Under the pieces are notes generated by a model. That model saw only the letters and a program-made list of their open reading frames with translations. It had not been told where the DNA came from and made no database searches. A stretch of DNA of 60,493 nucleotides, counting the filler, from Callorhinchus milii (taxonomy: Eukaryota), in NCBI RefSeq assembly GCF_018977255.1. It is 4 parts of 4 records of this genome, joined end to end, with 100 filler letters (N's around TTAATTAATTAA, not from the genome) between each part and the next. Parts side by side here need not be neighbours in the genome. Positions count along the whole stretch, not along the records: positions 51,738 to 60,493 come from NW_024704746.1; 3 more parts are not named here. One strand, given 5' to 3'. This document shows positions 60,235-60,493 of this stretch, in pieces; positions within the stretch are counted from its first letter, which is position 1; the number at the start of each line of letters is the position of its first letter. The position numbers were made by a program, and so were the translations under genes.

Positions 60235-60237
60235 GTG

Positions 60238-60470
60238 ATGGCGGTGGCTGTGGCCGTGGCCGCGGCTCTCGCTGTCGCTGTCGCTGCGCTCTCTCTGGCG
60301 GCCGCCGCTCCCCCCAACATAGTGCTGCTGTTCGCTGATGACTTGGGTTACGGGGACCTGAGCTGCTTCGGCCATCCGACCTCCAGCACCGCCCACCTGG
60401 ACTCCCTGTCCGCCACCGGCCTCAGGCTCACCGGCCTCTACACCGCGGCCAGTGTCTGCAGCCCCTCCCG
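60238..60470 (+). CDS. ARSA: Arylsulfatase A exon 1 (signal peptide and CXPXR catalytic motif)
   Basis: MAVAV...[34 protein letters not shown]...SVCSPSR; phase 2 donor CG|gtgaca at the same point as human ARSA intron 1. Confidence 0.88.
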
Positions 60471-60493
60471 GTGACAGCCTCACTGACCCGCAC

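Noticed and set aside
4601-60470. Sulfotransferases (GAL3ST2-like) and sulfatase ARSA in one window as a sulfation/desulfation cluster
   Set aside because: Three synthetic spacers separate them, so there is no evidence of physical linkage

Overview
Cartilaginous-fish (shark or chimaera) genomic DNA. Three identical 100-bp synthetic spacers (44 N + TTAATTAATTAA + 44 N at 24698-24797, 40681-40780, 51638-51737) show that the window is four concatenated scaffolds, so gene adjacency across them means nothing. Scaffold 1 (1-24697) holds two disrupted copies of a URGCP/GVIN-like very-large-GTPase exon and a tandem pair of GAL3ST2-like galactose-3-O-sulfotransferase genes (minus strand) with a mosaic identity pattern. 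Scaffold 2 (24798-40680) is the highlight: part of a TCR alpha/delta V locus, all on the minus strand. It contains a complete germline NAR-TCR cassette: leader, IgNAR-like V, 12/12-flanked D, 23-RSS NAR-type J, then a leaderless supporting TCR-delta V with a CDR1 Cys and its own 23-RSS. Also present are a second supporting V whose J is predicted just past the contig end, two intact conventional TCR V genes, V pseudogenes and an orphan RSS. Scaffold 3 (40781-51637) has no gene I can support, only SINEs and a few unexplained motifs. Scaffold 4 (51738-60493) has the last (SAM) exon of SHANK3 followed tail-to-head by exon 1 of ARSA, with a GC-box VNTR just before the ARSA ATG. L2 and CR1 LINE fragments, tRNA-derived DeuSINE-like elements and purine/pyrimidine repeats occur throughout. 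All calls were made by eye; no database search was run.
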